From: Planctomycetota bacterium
Lineage (GTDB): Bacteria; Planctomycetota; UBA1135; UBA2386
DNA length: 64,000 nt
Assembly: GCA_965228735.1 (NCBI GenBank)
Contig: OZ245838.1
Span: 5,408,001-5,472,000, forward strand
Reading direction: 5' to 3'
Both the position numbers and the translations under genes were made by a program. Shown here piece by piece: positions 61,770 through 64,000 of this stretch (positions within the stretch are counted from its first letter, which is position 1; each line of letters begins with the position of its first letter). The notes under the pieces were generated by a model, which did not search any database, was not told the DNA's origin, and saw only the letters and a program-made list of their open reading frames with translations.

Positions 61770-62912
61770 ATGAACCCCCCGTCAGTCTTCCCGCTGTCGA
61801 CCACGGTCGGCGCCGTTCTCGGTTTGTCGATCGGCCTCGGCGCGCAGACCACTGCCGTCGTTCCCGCGATCTGTGAGCACCTGCCTGGCAACGCCGCGGT
61901 GGCGATGCCGCTGCGTTGGAGCGAAGGCGTCATGCAGGTGCGCATCGAGGAAGACCTGTTGCCTGCCAACCTCGGCGCGAGCATCACGGGGGTCCGGTTG
62001 CGGCGGCCGACGTTCCTGGCGGAGCCGGCCTACCCAGCCGTGCAGCGGACGCTCACCGTGCGCGGCGGGTTTCAAACCGGGTCGAACCAGAGCGCGGCCG
62101 CGCTGACGCGCTACCTCACCTTCAATCGGTCGCCGGGGGTGAGCGTGCTCTTCGGGCCTGCCGTCGTTGCCGTCGGGGCGACTGCGGCCCCCGGGCCCGC
62201 GACCGCCGTCGGGGACGAGTTCATCGCGATCACGTTCACCACGCCACTGGCGGTGGGGCCAGGGTCGTTGTTGTTGGAGTTCGAGACCACCGACGCGCCG
62301 TTCCAGGTCATCGGCGATTCCTGGGTCGACGCGGTCTGGTTCGAGGGCGGCGTCGAGAACGGCTACGCCGTCACGCTCGGTGACGGCAGCTGCACGACCC
62401 GCAGCGGGCCGACGGAGTTGCGTTGGAACGACCCGACGACCGGGCCCGTCGTCGGCGGTACGGCTTCGTTTCGGATGACCGGAGCGGAGCCGAGTGCCTG
62501 GACCGCGCTCCTGATCGGCCTGACTCCGAGGCCGCGAGCGGCGAACGCAAGTTACGTCGGGTTCGGTGCTTCTCTGACGGCACTGGACCCCGGGCTCGGG
62601 GGGTGCCATCAGTGGGCGCCCGTGGACGGCATGGTCGGCGGCGCGGCCAACGTGGCGGGCACGAGCGACTTCAGCTTCCCGCTCTTCACGGATCCGAGCA
62701 CGGTCGGGATCGAGGTTGGGGTCCAGTCGCTGTGGCTCGACTCGTCGCGGCCGGGGCTCCAGATCTCCGTCAGCAACGGCGTGATGCTCGTGCTCGACGA
62801 GATCGACGTGGGGGATCAGTGCGCGACCGTGTTCTTCCCGGGATCCGTGACCTTCTCGCCCTGGGAGCCTTACCTCGGCCAGATGCCCGTGATCGTGCTC
62901 GAGCACAACTGA
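61770..62912 (+). CDS. Secreted hypothetical protein (paralog-like to 9895-11076)
   Basis: AGGAG RBS; signal peptide (LGA-Q); ITGVRLR; GVQSLWLD...SVSNG. Confidence 0.8.
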   Translation: MNPPSVFPLSTTVGAVLGLSIGLGAQTTAVVPAICEHLPGNAAVAMPLRWSEGVMQVRIEEDLLPANLGASITGVRLRRPTFLAEPAYPAVQRTLTVRGGFQTGSNQSAAALTRYLTFNRSPGVSVLFGPAVVAVGATAAPGPATAVGDEFIAITFTTPLAVGPGSLLLEFETTDAPFQVIGDSWVDAVWFEGGVENGYAVTLGDGSCTTRSGPTELRWNDPTTGPVVGGTASFRMTGAEPSAWTALLIGLTPRPRAANASYVGFGASLTALDPGLGGCHQWAPVDGMVGGAANVAGTSDFSFPLFTDPSTVGIEVGVQSLWLDSSRPGLQISVSNGVMLVLDEIDVGDQCATVFFPGSVTFSPWEPYLGQMPVIVLEHN

Positions 62913-63052
62913 AGTGGGTGCCAGGCCGCCGGTCCGGGCCTTGCCCCGGGTCGGGCGAGAATTCTGCCGCGGCCGGCCGGTTGGAGCGGCTCGGGTCTTG
63001 ATCCGGGGGCGCGGGTCGCTACCTTGTTCGGCCCTCCCAACGCGACCGAGCC

Positions 63053-63217
63053 ATGGCCAAGCCCAAGAAGAAGAAAGAGATCGTCTTCCTCGTCTGCGAG
63101 GAGACTGGCGACCGGAACTACACGATCTTCAAGAAGCCGGGCACGCCGAAGCTCGAGCTCAGCAAGTACTGCCCTCGTCTGCGCAAGCACACGAAGCACA
63201 TCGAGAAGAAGAAGTAG
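63053..63217 (+). CDS. rpmG: 50S ribosomal protein L33 (54 aa; not in ORF track)
   Basis: [54 protein letters not shown], translated by hand. Confidence 0.95.
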   Translation: MAKPKKKKEIVFLVCEETGDRNYTIFKKPGTPKLELSKYCPRLRKHTKHIEKKK

Positions 63218-63226
63218 GGTCGCGGT

Positions 63227-63330
63227 GGGCCCCGTTTTAGAGGGCCCCGTTTTAGAGGGCCCCGTTTCTGAGGGCCCCGTCCCCCACGGCCCGTCCCCCA
63301 GGGCCCCGTCCCCCAGGGGCCCGGTCTCTA
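63227..63330 (+). repeat. Degenerating ~15-bp tandem repeat (GGGCCCCGT-N6), about 7 units
   Basis: GGGCCCCGTTTTAGA x2, GGGCCCCGTTTCTGA, then GGGCCCCGTCCCCCA variants. Confidence 0.85.
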
Positions 63331-63394
63331 GCGGCACCGTTCTCTTGCGGCGCCCCGGCCGCGCGGAACCGTCTTCGAGCGCTCCGGCGGACCC

Positions 63395-64000
63395 TCAGTT
63401 CGTGGCGAGTCCGCTACGGAACTCGACCGGCTGTGGCCACGGCAGGCCCTCGCGCAGCGCGCGGCGCACCTCGTCGGCGGCGGCGCCCCCGAGCCCACAT
63501 TCTGCCAGCCGCTGTGCGCATCGCCGGGCGATGACCGTCGCCCCGGACGCCACGAGATTCCGGATCGCGAACCCGAACGCGCGTGCCGTGGGGCCGCGCC
63601 ACGGCGCGCGCGAATCGCGTTCGCGGCAGAACACCTCCGCTGCGCTTTCGAAGCGTGCGGGGGCTACGGCGCTGAGCGCGACCAGGGCGTGCAGGCGCAG
63701 TTCGAGGAGAGGTTCGTTCGTCGCCGCGAACTCGAGGGTCTCGAGCGCGGCAGCCGCGACAGTCTCCTCGCCGATCGGCAGGCCCGCCGACGCGAGCCCG
63801 AGCCCTGACAGGATGTCCCGTCGCGTGGTCGGCGCGACCGCATCCGCGAGGCACGAACAGTAGGTCTCCCGAAGCGGCACGGGGTCGCGTTCGCCGAGCG
63901 CGAGCCAGCCGGCGACGACGCTCGTGCCGGCGCGGGACAGTTGCAACAGGACCTCGGCGGCTTCGTCCCCCGGCCAGCCCGCGCCGATCGCGACTGCGAG
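63395..64000 (-). CDS. Hypothetical helical protein, 5'-truncated by window edge
   Basis: Open frame converging on rpmG; Ala/Leu-rich helical pattern. Confidence 0.5.
   Translation of the reverse strand, partial: LAVAIGAGWPGDEAAEVLLQLSRAGTSVVAGWLALGERDPVPLRETYCSCLADAVAPTTRRDILSGLGLASAGLPIGEETVAAAALETLEFAATNEPLLELRLHALVALSAVAPARFESAAEVFCRERDSRAPWRGPTARAFGFAIRNLVASGATVIARRCAQRLAECGLGGAAADEVRRALREGLPWPQPVEFRSGLATN

Overview
High-GC bacterial window (about 70% by eye), most consistent with a Planctomycetota genome. That assignment is an inference from the ECF sigma factor with a long extension, the sulfatase, the FG-GAP/ASPIC-UnbV proteins and the L33 type. The core is a dispersed motility region: fliA, two HDOD proteins, a CheC-like protein, fliD-fliS-(fliT-like), three 275-aa flagellins, a GT2-TPR glycosyltransferase, motAB, and an 8-gene operon with two sigma54 activators. 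These genes are interleaved with housekeeping genes (apt, ispH, nadE, birA, pyrK, rpmG), acyl-CoA catabolic genes and a cluster of large secreted proteins. Five signals stand out that the ORF track does not show. (1) An FG-GAP/ASPIC-UnbV gene (49294-52275) is split by one in-frame TGA in a Cys-TGA context, followed by a SECIS-like hairpin, making it a candidate new selenoprotein. (2) An IS1-like element (19704-20878) has a ~17-bp end sequence that recurs as a 51-bp MITE and as two 36-bp-period tandem arrays. (3) A c-di-GMP-I riboswitch lies in the fliA leader. (4) A TCAAG-N14/15-(G/A)CCG sigma28 motif precedes fliD, two fliC genes, motA and an unknown membrane protein. (5) An orphan terminator suggests a small GGA-rich RNA near 61.6 kb. 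All calls come from reading the sequence; no searches were run.
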